Assembly (NCBI GenBank): GCA_045119135.1
Contig: JBGVCY010000130.1
Location: 1 to 38,919, forward strand
Direction: 5' to 3'
Source of the DNA: Eubacteriales bacterium
Lineage (GTDB): Bacteria; Bacillota; Clostridia; Oscillospirales; CAG-272
Length of the DNA stretch: 38,919 nt
In this document: one piece after another, positions 26,664 through 38,100 of the stretch
Layout: each line of letters begins with the position of its first letter
Position numbering within the stretch: position 1 is the first letter of the stretch
Program-made: the position numbers and the translations under genes
The notes under the pieces: model-generated
Told to the model about the DNA's origin: nothing
Seen by the model: only the letters and a program-made list of their open reading frames with translations
Database searches by the model: none

Positions 26664-27821
26664 ATGAAAGTTATTTTTGACAGACAAGCCGTGCTTGCCG
26701 CAACCGCACCCCTGCTTTGTGCCGTTGGTACCAAATCCACCCTTGCCGCAATCGAGGGTATCCGTATCGATGCCAAGGCTCCCGATACCTGTGTGCTGAC
26801 CACCTATGACCTGGAAAAGGGCGTGCAGGTGACAGTAAAAGCCACGGTCATCGAAGAGGGCTGCTTTATCATCAATGCTCAGAAATTCAATCAGACCATG
26901 CGCGTTATGGACGGCGCTGAGGTCACCTTGACGGTGGAAGGACACAACCACGCCGCATCCATTGAAAGCGGCAAGTCCTCGCACAAGCTGCCCGCACAGC
27001 GCGGTGAGGATTTTCCCGAGCTGCCCCACCTTGTGACCGATCGCGGCTTTTCTCTTGCCGCAGGCACGCTGCGTGAAATGCTATCCAAAACCATGTATGC
27101 GATGGGTGTCAATGACCAGAGAAACGTACTGAACGGCACCTTCTTTGAGGTGGAAAACAACCGCCTGCAGCTGGTTTCGTGCGATAGCTTTAAGCTGGCA
27201 AAGTGCATTCTGAACACCCAGGTGGAAAACCATAACGAGGATGGCTCGGACCTGCGCTATCGCTTTATCGTTCCCGTGAAGACCGTGAACGAGCTGTATA
27301 AGCTGATTTCGGGAGATGCCGATGCGATGGTACGCATTCACGTCAGCCGCAAGCATATCGTGTTCTACATTGACGATCTGATTTTCTTCTCGCGCCTGGT
27401 GGACGGCGAGTATATCGATTTTGACCGCATCATCATCCGTCAGCATAAAATTTATGCCACGATTGACCGCGATGCCCTGCTTTCTGCCCTTGACCGCGCG
27501 GCGCTGATCACCGAGGAGCGTGTGGCGGGCAGTGTGCGCGCACACGTCAAGCTGCAGCTGGAGGGCGGGCTTCTGAAGATCCTTGCCGCATCCTCGGCGG
27601 GCAGCACCTATGACGAGATCGAGGTCGATCACGAGGGTGGCGACCTGCTGATTGCCTTTAACAACCGATTTCTGATCGATTCGGTACGCGCGTGTGTCAG
27701 TGACCGCGTGCGCCTGGCGCTTTCCTCTCCCCTGACCAGCGTGAACATTGAGCCTGCCGATGAAGAGAATGGCGAGCGTGAAGAGCTCTTTATGCTGCTG
27801 CCTGTTCGTATGAAAGAGTAA
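26664..27821 (+). CDS. dnaN: DNA polymerase III beta sliding clamp
   Basis: 385-aa ORF directly after dnaA/oriC, with a three-domain clamp-like sequence. AAGGAG RBS at 26653-26658. Confidence 0.9.
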   Translation: MKVIFDRQAVLAATAPLLCAVGTKSTLAAIEGIRIDAKAPDTCVLTTYDLEKGVQVTVKATVIEEGCFIINAQKFNQTMRVMDGAEVTLTVEGHNHAASIESGKSSHKLPAQRGEDFPELPHLVTDRGFSLAAGTLREMLSKTMYAMGVNDQRNVLNGTFFEVENNRLQLVSCDSFKLAKCILNTQVENHNEDGSDLRYRFIVPVKTVNELYKLISGDADAMVRIHVSRKHIVFYIDDLIFFSRLVDGEYIDFDRIIIRQHKIYATIDRDALLSALDRAALITEERVAGSVRAHVKLQLEGGLLKILAASSAGSTYDEIEVDHEGGDLLIAFNNRFLIDSVRACVSDRVRLALSSPLTSVNIEPADEENGEREELFMLLPVRMKE

Positions 27822-27824
27822 GAC

Positions 27825-28931
27825 ATGAAATGTCTTGGAATTGCGCTTTCTGATTTTCGGAATATCGAGAGCGCAAGCATCAGGTTTTCGCCCGGCGTGA
27901 CCGTGCTTTACGGTGACAACGCACAGGGCAAGACAAATGTGCTGGAGGCAATCTATTATGCCGCGATCGGCAAAAGCTTTCGCGGTCAGAATGCCCCCGA
28001 GGTGATCCGCTTCGGGTCGCCGAGTGCCGCGCTGTCGCTTGATTTTATGGCGCGGGAGCGGCAACAGAATATCACCATGCGCCTGTTTCGCGACCGCGCA
28101 CGTGCGGTAGAGAAAAACGGCGTACGTGTCACCAAAATGTCAGAGCTTGTCGGTGCCTTTCGCGCGGTGCTGTTCTGCCCCGAGCATTTGTTTCTTGTCA
28201 AGGGCGGCCCTGCCGAGCGCCGACAGTTTCTGGATATCGCCATCAGCGCCGAGAACCCCTTATATCTTGCCACGCTGCAGCGCTATGCCCATATTGTAAA
28301 GCAGCGCAATTCGCTTTTGAAAAGTGCGAAGGATGATATGAAAAGCTTCCGCGAGACCATCGATCTGTGGTCGGATCAGCTGTCGATCGAGAGCGCGTAC
28401 CTTGCGCGGGAGCGCGCACGCTACACGAAAAAGCTGGAGGTGTTTGTCAAGACAACCTTTGGCGAGATGATGGGCGAGCGTGAGGTTCCTGCCATCACCT
28501 ATCTTGGCTGTGACAAGCGCGAGGGTGCCGATTACGAGGATATTGACGGTACCAAGCGGTATCTTTTGGAACGGCTGAGTGCCAATCTTGAGCGCGAGAT
28601 CGGTGCGGGCACCACGCTTTACGGCGCGCACAAGGATGATATCGAAATTCTTTTGAACGGTCATCCCGCAAGACTGTTTGCCTCACAGGGGCAGCAGCGC
28701 TCCCTTTCGCTTGCGCTGAAGATCGCCGAGGGTGAGATCTGCCGCGAGCAGATCGGCGAATATCCCGTGTTTTTATTTGATGATGTCTTATCCGAGCTGG
28801 ATGCCTCGCGCCGCAAATTTTTGCTGTCGCGTATGATGGGCAAGCAGGTCATTATGACCTCGTGCGAGGGTAAGGAAACCATGAGCGACCGTTCAATCCG
28901 CGTGAAGAACGGAACGGTAACAGAGGAATAA
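27825..28931 (+). CDS. recF: DNA replication and repair protein RecF
   Basis: 368 aa with Walker A GDNAQGKTNVLEAI, an SMC-like signature region (SQGQQRSL) and Walker B FLFDDVLSELD. Conserved position after dnaN. Confidence 0.92.
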   Translation: MKCLGIALSDFRNIESASIRFSPGVTVLYGDNAQGKTNVLEAIYYAAIGKSFRGQNAPEVIRFGSPSAALSLDFMARERQQNITMRLFRDRARAVEKNGVRVTKMSELVGAFRAVLFCPEHLFLVKGGPAERRQFLDIAISAENPLYLATLQRYAHIVKQRNSLLKSAKDDMKSFRETIDLWSDQLSIESAYLARERARYTKKLEVFVKTTFGEMMGEREVPAITYLGCDKREGADYEDIDGTKRYLLERLSANLEREIGAGTTLYGAHKDDIEILLNGHPARLFASQGQQRSLSLALKIAEGEICREQIGEYPVFLFDDVLSELDASRRKFLLSRMMGKQVIMTSCEGKETMSDRSIRVKNGTVTEE

Positions 28932-28933
28932 AG

Positions 28934-29191
28934 ATGTATCTGCATATCGGAAACAACAAAAATATCCGCGAAAAGCATATCATCGGTATCTTTGATGCCG
29001 ATACCGCCACCGTTGCGGCAATCACCAAAAAGTATCTTTCCGATGCCGAAAAGCGGGGAGAGGTATCCTTTGCCACCGAGGAGATTCCGAAATCCTTTGT
29101 GCTCTATCGGGAAAACGGCAAATTTGCGATCTGCTTTTCCCAGCTTTCTGCCGCCGCACTGCTTGGCAGAAGCGAGAAGGGCGAGACGTGA
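28934..29191 (+). CDS. remB: DUF370 / RemB (YaaB)-like small protein
   Basis: 85 aa (MYLHIGNNKNI...IIGIFD). The conserved recF-gyrB position matches B. subtilis yaaB/remB. Starts 2 nt after the recF stop. Confidence 0.7.
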   Translation: MYLHIGNNKNIREKHIIGIFDADTATVAAITKKYLSDAEKRGEVSFATEEIPKSFVLYRENGKFAICFSQLSAAALLGRSEKGET

Positions 29192-29288
29192 CATACACCG
29201 CGTTGCGGTGATTTTATACGCAACGGCGTTGCGCTTGACTACACGCCGCTGGCGTGATTGATTTTGAAACAAAAAAAGACATAGATAA

Positions 29289-31271
<1,983 letters not shown>

Positions 31272-31289
31272 CGGAAGGAGGACACGAAA

Positions 31290-33809
31290 ATGGCTATGGA
31301 ACACAAAAGCGAAAATATCGAATTCCCGAATCAGCGCATCGAAGACGTTGATATGGAAAAGCGCGTCAGACAAGCATTTATCGAATACTCGATGTCGGTC
31401 ATCATGTCGCGTGCCCTTCCCGACGTGCGCGACGGTATGAAGCCCGGTCAGCGCCGTATCATGTACGCCATGTACGAGGATCACCTGACCTCGGATAAGC
31501 CCTTCCGCAAATCGGCAACCACGGTCGGTAACGTGCTGGGTCGCTATCACCCGCACGGCGACTCTGCCGTGTACGGCACGATGGTGCGTATGGCACAGGA
31601 TTTCTCGCTCCGTTACCCCCTGGTCGAGGGTCACGGCAACTTCGGCTCGGTCGACGGCGACGGCGCCGCCGCTTACCGTTATACCGAGGCACGTCTTGCC
31701 AAAATTTCGGACGAGCTGATGGCTGACCTTGAAAAAGAGGTCGTGCCCTTTGTCCCCAACTTTGATAACCGCCTGCGCGAGCCTGCGGTGCTTCCCTCTC
31801 GCTTCCCGAACCTTTTGGTCAACGGCTCGGTGGGTATTGCGGTCGGTATGGCAACCAACATTCCCCCCCATAACCTGGGCGAGGTGATCGATGCCACCGT
31901 TTACCGTATGGAGAACCCCGCATGCACCGTTGAGGAGCTGATGGAGTTCGTCAAGGGTCCCGACTTCCCCACCGCCGCCACCTGCTATGGCGTGAACGGC
32001 ATCATCGAAGCGTACAAGACCGGCCGCGGCCGCGTGATGGTGCGCTCGAAGTGCGAGGTCAACGAGGAAAAGAATACCATCACCGTCACCGAGCTGCCCT
32101 ATCAGGTCAACAAGAGTATGCTGGTGCAATCGATCGCCGCGCTGGTGCGCGACAAGAAGATCGAGGGCATCACCGATATCAAGGACGTATCCAACGGCAG
32201 AAACGGTATCAATATCGTCATTCATTACCGCCGCGATGCCAACGGTCAGGTGATCCTGAACCAGCTTTATAAGAACACCCAGCTGCAGGATACCTGCGCC
32301 ATCAATATGCTGGCGCTGGTCAATAACGAGCCGAAGGTGCTGTCGCTTCCCGAGATCCTTGACCACTATATCGCCCACCAGCAGAGCGTGATCACCCGCC
32401 GCACCCAGTTTGATCTGGATAAGGCAGAGGCGCGCGCTCATATTCTCGAGGGCTATAAGATCGTCAACGACAACATTGATGAGATTGTCAACCTCATCCG
32501 CTCCACCGCATCGATCCCCGATGCGAAGGAAAAGCTGATGGCAGGCTACGGTCTTTCCGAGATCCAGGCACAGGCTGTTGTGGAAATGACACTGGGCAAG
32601 CTGACGGGTCTGGAGCGCCAGAAGATCGAGGATGAGCTTGACAAGCTGCACACCCTTATCACCGAGCTGCGCGGCATTCTTGCCGATCAGCACAAGATCA
32701 ACGAGATCATTAAAAACGAGATGCTTGCCATCCGCAACAAGTATGCCGATGCCCGCCGCACCGAGATCGTAGCGGCAGGTGACGACATTCTCTTAGAGGA
32801 CCTGATTGATCGCCACGATTGCGTGATCACCCTGACGCACGCGGGCTACATCAAGCGCCTGCCTGCCGACACCTATGCGGCACAGAACAAGGGCGGCAAG
32901 GGCATTATCGGTATGACCACCAAGGAAGAGGACTTCATCGAAATGGTGAAGGTGGTACACAGCCATTCCTACCTGATGCTGTTCACCAACACGGGTAAGG
33001 TCTTTATGCGCAAGGCGTACCAGATTCCCGAGGCATCGCGCACCGCAAAGGGTACGAATATCGTGAACGTCCTTGAGGTCGAGACGGGCGAGAAGATCAC
33101 TGCGATGATCAGCATTGCCGAATTTGCCGACGATCTGTACCTGACGATGGTCACCAAGAACGGTGTCATCAAGCGCACCGCGCTTGCCGAATACGAATAT
33201 CAGCGCAAGGGCGGCAAGCGCGCCCTCTCGCTTGACGAGGGCGACGAGCTGGTGTTTGTGATGTGCTCGGATGGCAATGCCGACGTGGTGATCGCCACCC
33301 ACGAGGGCTCGGCAGCACGCTTCCACGAAAGCGACGTCCGTCCCATCGGCAGAACCGCGCGCGGCGTGCGCGGTGTCCGTCTGCGCGAGGGCGACTATGT
33401 TGTGGGCACCGTGATTGTGGATGACAGCAAGAAGCTGGTTACCGTGACCGAGAACGGCTACGGCAAGCGGACCGAATTTGAGGACTTCCGTGTCAAGGGC
33501 CGCGGCGGTCTTGGCGTGACCTGCCACAACCTGACCGACAAGACCGGCAAGCTTGCAGGCATTGCCGCCGTTGACGATGCCGACGATCTGATGATGATCA
33601 CCAACGCGGGCACCATCATCCGCATCCCCGTGACGGGCGTGAACACCTATTCGCGCGCGGCATCGGGTGTCATTGTGATGCGCCTTGCCGAGGGTCAGAG
33701 CATTGTGAACTTTACCAAGGTTGCACACGAGGAAGAGGAGGCAGCAGAAGCCCCCGCCGAGGAAACCGCGACCGAGGCTGTGGCTGATGCCCCCGAGGTG
33801 ACCGAATAA
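31290..33809 (+). CDS. gyrA: DNA gyrase subunit A
   Basis: 839 aa with [16 protein letters not shown], the QRDR motif HPHGDSAVY, the active-site region [11 protein letters not shown], a beta-pinwheel C-terminal domain and an acidic tail. Confidence 0.95.
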   Translation: MAMEHKSENIEFPNQRIEDVDMEKRVRQAFIEYSMSVIMSRALPDVRDGMKPGQRRIMYAMYEDHLTSDKPFRKSATTVGNVLGRYHPHGDSAVYGTMVRMAQDFSLRYPLVEGHGNFGSVDGDGAAAYRYTEARLAKISDELMADLEKEVVPFVPNFDNRLREPAVLPSRFPNLLVNGSVGIAVGMATNIPPHNLGEVIDATVYRMENPACTVEELMEFVKGPDFPTAATCYGVNGIIEAYKTGRGRVMVRSKCEVNEEKNTITVTELPYQVNKSMLVQSIAALVRDKKIEGITDIKDVSNGRNGINIVIHYRRDANGQVILNQLYKNTQLQDTCAINMLALVNNEPKVLSLPEILDHYIAHQQSVITRRTQFDLDKAEARAHILEGYKIVNDNIDEIVNLIRSTASIPDAKEKLMAGYGLSEIQAQAVVEMTLGKLTGLERQKIEDELDKLHTLITELRGILADQHKINEIIKNEMLAIRNKYADARRTEIVAAGDDILLEDLIDRHDCVITLTHAGYIKRLPADTYAAQNKGGKGIIGMTTKEEDFIEMVKVVHSHSYLMLFTNTGKVFMRKAYQIPEASRTAKGTNIVNVLEVETGEKITAMISIAEFADDLYLTMVTKNGVIKRTALAEYEYQRKGGKRALSLDEGDELVFVMCSDGNADVVIATHEGSAARFHESDVRPIGRTARGVRGVRLREGDYVVGTVIVDDSKKLVTVTENGYGKRTEFEDFRVKGRGGLGVTCHNLTDKTGKLAGIAAVDDADDLMMITNAGTIIRIPVTGVNTYSRAASGVIVMRLAEGQSIVNFTKVAHEEEEAAEAPAEETATEAVADAPEVTE

Positions 33810-33825
33810 CAACAAGGAAATGACC

Positions 33826-33849
33826 GCCCCGCGCACCGCGCGGGGCTTT
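33826..33849 (+). terminator. Terminator-like GC hairpin after gyrA
   Basis: GCCCCGCGC (33826-33834) pairs with GCGCGGGGC (33838-33846) and is followed only by TTT. A second 8-bp hairpin, GGGCGACC-GTG-GGTCGCCC, lies at 33867-33885. Confidence 0.5.
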
Positions 33850-33917
33850 GCCGTGGAACAAAGTAGGGGCGACCGTGGGTCGCCCGCATTCTTCCGATGT
33901 TGTGAAGGAGATTTTCT

Positions 33918-34901
33918 ATGACCAAAACCAAAAAAAGGCTGATCGCCATTATCGTGTCGGTTGCCGTGGTGCTTTCGGCGCTTGCCACCTTTCTGATCGT
34001 GCGCACCGTCAAAAACCGCCGCCCGCCCGAGTTCTCGACCATCCGCGATCGCGTGATCACGCTGATCGAGCTGTCGGGAGACCTCAACGACATTCTGTGG
34101 GGCGAGGGGCTTGCCACCCATCCGCGCGTGACACGTACCGTTCGCCTTACCGACGTGACGGGACGACCCGACGGCAAAGAGGATTGCAAGATCGCGTACT
34201 ACACCTTCCCCGACGAAACGCACGGCACGGTGCTTGCCTATCAATACTACGTGTTTGAAAAGGACGGCAACGGCGACGGTTACGTGACGGTTGACCTTGA
34301 GGCAGAGGCGAAGGGCGAGACTGTCTATCTGCAATCGGGCTATGCCCTTTACCGCTATGCGCGCGTCAGTACCGAGGCGGGCGAGGGCTATCTTTGGCAC
34401 GATGCCACCGACGGCGAGTATTTCTATCCTCTTCCCGATTTCACCGAGGACGACGAGCCTTATTACTATACCAACGCCGACGACCCCGATTACGAATACG
34501 TGCTGGAAAGCACGGGGTACCTGTCGATCGCGGATATCCGCGACGAGGTAAAGCTGGTCTTTTCCGCCGCGATCGTTGCCGAGATCGAGCAGGGCGTGTT
34601 CACGGGCGTGACCGCCTTTGAGGGGGACGACGGCACCAGCTATCCCCGCTACCGCGACATCGAGGGCAAGGACGGCACCTACCGCCTTGGTATGACCGAA
34701 AAGGATGCCTGGAACAGCTTTACCGTTACCAAATGGGTGTACGATTATGACACGCTGCAGATGGTGAAGCCCAGCAACTCGAAAAGCGTGACGGTGTCGG
34801 TAGAATGCTATCCCGCGGGGGACGAGAGCGCCCGCGAGACCCGCGAGATCACCTTCGTGCTGGAAAACAACAACTGGTACCTGGATAGTTATACGAGATG
34901 A
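33918..34901 (+). CDS. Hypothetical single-pass membrane-anchored protein
   Basis: 327 aa with an N-terminal TM helix (LIAIIVSVAVVLSALATFLIV) followed by an Asp/Glu/Tyr-rich soluble region. AAGGAG RBS at 33905-33910. It has its own terminator. I recognise no family. Confidence 0.65.
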   Translation: MTKTKKRLIAIIVSVAVVLSALATFLIVRTVKNRRPPEFSTIRDRVITLIELSGDLNDILWGEGLATHPRVTRTVRLTDVTGRPDGKEDCKIAYYTFPDETHGTVLAYQYYVFEKDGNGDGYVTVDLEAEAKGETVYLQSGYALYRYARVSTEAGEGYLWHDATDGEYFYPLPDFTEDDEPYYYTNADDPDYEYVLESTGYLSIADIRDEVKLVFSAAIVAEIEQGVFTGVTAFEGDDGTSYPRYRDIEGKDGTYRLGMTEKDAWNSFTVTKWVYDYDTLQMVKPSNSKSVTVSVECYPAGDESARETREITFVLENNNWYLDSYTR

Positions 34902-34908
34902 TGATTGC

Positions 34909-34940
34909 AAAAAGCCTTCCCGCAAAGGGAAGGCTTTTTT
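34909..34940 (+). terminator. Intrinsic terminator
   Basis: AAAAAGCCTTCCC (34909-34921) pairs with GGGAAGGCTTTTT (34927-34939). T6 run at 34935-34940. Confidence 0.85.
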
Positions 34941-35035
34941 GATGCACGAGCGATCAACGCACAAAGCCGTGATGAAGAGCAAGCTGCTTGGCAAATGCGT
35001 GCTTTTGTGACGCCGATTTCCTTTTTATCCAATAA

Positions 35036-35060
35036 AAAAGGGGCAAAAAATGCCCTTTTT
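35036..35060. terminator. Second, weak A/T-flanked hairpin upstream of the PFOR promoter
   Basis: AAAAGGGGCA (35036-35045), A5 loop, TGCCCTTTTT (35051-35060). The GC core is only 4-5 bp. Function is unclear: a backup terminator, the end of a short transcript, or part of the upstream promoter context. Confidence 0.35.
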
Positions 35061-35064
35061 CTAC

Positions 35065-35093
35065 TTTACATTTGCAAAAAAAAGTGCTATCAT
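35065..35093 (+). promoter_or_regulatory. Candidate promoter of the PFOR gene
   Basis: TTTACA (35065-35070), 17-nt spacer, TATCAT (35088-35093) preceded by TG at 35085-35086 (extended -10). Confidence 0.55.
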
Positions 35094-35162
35094 ATAGGGT
35101 GATGTAATATTTTTTACATGCAACATATAAATTTCCAGATAGAAATAGGGAGGAATTCGCAA

Positions 35163-38100
35163 ATGGCAATCGAAAGAAAAAAGATTTCCATGGATGGTAA
35201 CACCGCGGCGGCACACGTATCGTATGCCTTTACCGAGGTGGCAGCCATTTACCCCATCACACCCTCCAGCCCCATGGCTGAACAAACCGATACCTGGTCG
35301 GCAACCGACAAGGGTATTTTCGGCAGCAGCGCCCGTAACATTTTCGGCGATACCGTAAAGGTAACCGAAATGCAGTCCGAGGCAGGTGCCGCAGGCGCCG
35401 TGCACGGCTCGCTTGCCGCAGGTGCGCTGACCACTACCTACACCGCTTCGCAGGGTCTTCTTTTGATGATCCCCAATATGTTCAAGATCGCAGGCGAGCT
35501 GCTTCCCTGCGTGATTCACGTTTCTGCCCGTAACGTTGCTTCGCACGCCCTGAATATCTTTGGCGAGCATTCCGACGTTTACGCCTGCCGCCAGACCGGC
35601 TTTGCCATGATGGCAGAATCCAACCAGCAGGAGATCATGGACCTTGGCGCTGTGGCACACCTTGCCACCATCAAGGGTCGCGTTCCCGTGCTGAACTTCT
35701 TCGACGGCTTCCGCACCTCGCACGAGATCCAGAAGATCGAGGCGTGGGATTACAAGGATCTTGCCGAAATGGTGGATATGGATGCCATCGCCGCATTCCG
35801 TAAGCGCGCCATCAATCCCGAGCATCCGACGCTGCGCGGCTCTGCCGAGAACGGCGACATCTTCTTCCAGCACCGCGAGGCGTGCAACACCTATTACCAG
35901 AACTTCCCCGCTATCGTTGAGGAATATATGGCAAAGGTGAACGAGAAGATCGGCACCAACTATCAGCTCTTCAACTACTACGGCGCACCCGATGCCGAGC
36001 GCGTGATCATTGCCATGGGCTCGGTTTGCGACGTGGCGGAAGAGGTGATCGACTATATGATGGCAGCAGGCGAAAAGGTCGGCCTTGTCAAGGTTCGTCT
36101 GTACCGTCCCTTCTGCGCTGACCGCTTGGCAGCAGCACTCCCCAAGACCGTTAAGAAGATCGCCGTGCTTGACCGCACCAAGGAGCCGGGAGCTATGGGT
36201 GAGCCCCTTTACGTGGACGTTGTCACCGCGCTTGCACAGCAGGGCGTGAAGGCAAAGGTCGTCGGCGGCCGTTACGGCCTTGGCTCGAAGGATACCACGC
36301 CCGCTTCGATCTTCGCCGTCTATGAAAACCTCAAGAAGCGCGAGCCCAAGAACAGCTTTACCATTGGTATCGTCGACGACGTAACCGGTCTCTCGCTGCC
36401 TGAAAAGGCTGCGCCCGACACCGCACCCGAGGGCACCATTGCGTGCAAATTCTGGGGTCTTGGCGGCGACGGCACGGTAGGCGCGAACAAGAACTCGATC
36501 AAGATCATCGGTGACCACACCGACAAATATATCCAGGCGTACTTCCAGTACGACTCGAAGAAGACGGGCGGCGTAACCATTTCCCACCTGCGCTTCGGCG
36601 ATCAGCCGATCAAGGCTCCCTACTATATCAGCAAGGCAAACTTCGTTGCCTGCCACAACGTGGCGTATATCCTGAAGGGCTATAAGATCGTGCAGGACGT
36701 CAAGCCCGGCGGCACCTTCCTTCTGGACTGCCGTTGGACCGCTGAGGAGCTGGATGCACATCTGCCGAACTCGGTGAAGTCCTATATCGCGGGCAACGAT
36801 ATCAAGTTCTATATCATCGATGCCACCTCGATTGCCGCGAAGGAAGTCGGCAACCCCAAGGTCAAGAACACCGTTCTGCAGTCGGCGTTCTTCGCACTTG
36901 CCAACATCATGCCCACCGAGGAAGCCATCAACTATATGAAGTATATGGCAACCAAGTCCTACTCCAAGTTCGGTGAAGAGGTCGTGGCACAGAACCACAA
37001 GGCAATCGATATGGGCGCAGGAGCGCTGGTGAAGGTTGAGATCCCCGCCGCTTGGAAGCAGGCAGGCAAGGATAAGGCAAAGAAGGCAGCAACCTCTACT
37101 CGCCCCGAGCTTGCCGATTACGTCAACAACGTGCTGATGCCCGTTGCCAGAATGGATGGCGACAGCCTGCCCGTTTCGACCTTTATGCCCTACGTGGACG
37201 GTACCCTGCCTCAGGGCGCTGCCGCCTTTGAGAAGCGCGGCGTTGCCGTAAACGTTCCCAATTGGAATCCCGACAAGTGCGTGCAGTGTAACACCTGTGC
37301 CTTTGTCTGCCCTCACGCCACCATCCGCCCCTTCGCGATGACCGCTGAGGAAGCAAAGAACGCACCCAAATCCACCAAATTTGCCGCCAAGCCCGTGATG
37401 AAGACCGATTACAAGTTCACCATGGCGGTTTCTCCCCTTGACTGTATGGGCTGTACCCTTTGCGTGAAGGCTTGTCCCGTCAACCAGGCAGCCGACAAGA
37501 AGGCTGCTGCCGCAGGCACCAAGGCATCTCCCGCAGATTACGCCCTGTATATGACCGCTCAGGCAAACGCCGTTGAGGCAGGTCAGCAGGAAGCATTCGA
37601 CTATGCCGTTGCACACGTTGCCGAGAAGCCCGAGCTGATCAACGCAACCGTCAAGGGCAGCCAGTTCAAGCAGCCCCTGCTGGAGTTCTCCGGCTCCTGC
37701 GCAGGCTGTGCCGAGACCTCGTACGCGCGCATCGTCACCCAGCTTTACGGTGAGAGAATGCTGCTGTCGCAGGCAACGGGTTGCTCCTCGATCTGGGGTG
37801 GCTCCGCGCCCTCTACGCCCTACACCGTCAATAAGGAAAGCGGCAAGGGCCCCGCTTGGGCAAACTCCCTGTTTGAGGATAACGCCGAGCACGGTCTTGG
37901 TATGGCAATCGGTCAGAAGACCATTCGCGCAAGACTCCGCGGCTATGTAGAAGAGATCGCAGCAAAGACCGAAAATGCCGAGATCAAGGCAGCTGCCGAG
38001 CAGTATCTTGCCACCTTTGACGACGGCAAGGCAAACGGCGCCGCTACCGACGCGCTGGTCGCAGCCCTTTCGCAGTGCGATTGCGACCTTGCGAAGAAGG

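Noticed and set aside
26302-26680. Two short + strand ORFs (65 and 93 aa) in the dnaA-dnaN spacer
   Set aside because: Their sequence is dictated by repeated DnaA boxes (FPQ/FHF/CGK repeats). They have no RBS and overlap the oriC elements.
35103-35118. Catabolite-responsive element (cre) reading of TGTAATATTTTTTACA
   Set aside because: The half-sites resemble the ideal cre TGTAAGCGCTTACA. However, the spacer is 6 nt rather than 4 nt and lacks the central CG.
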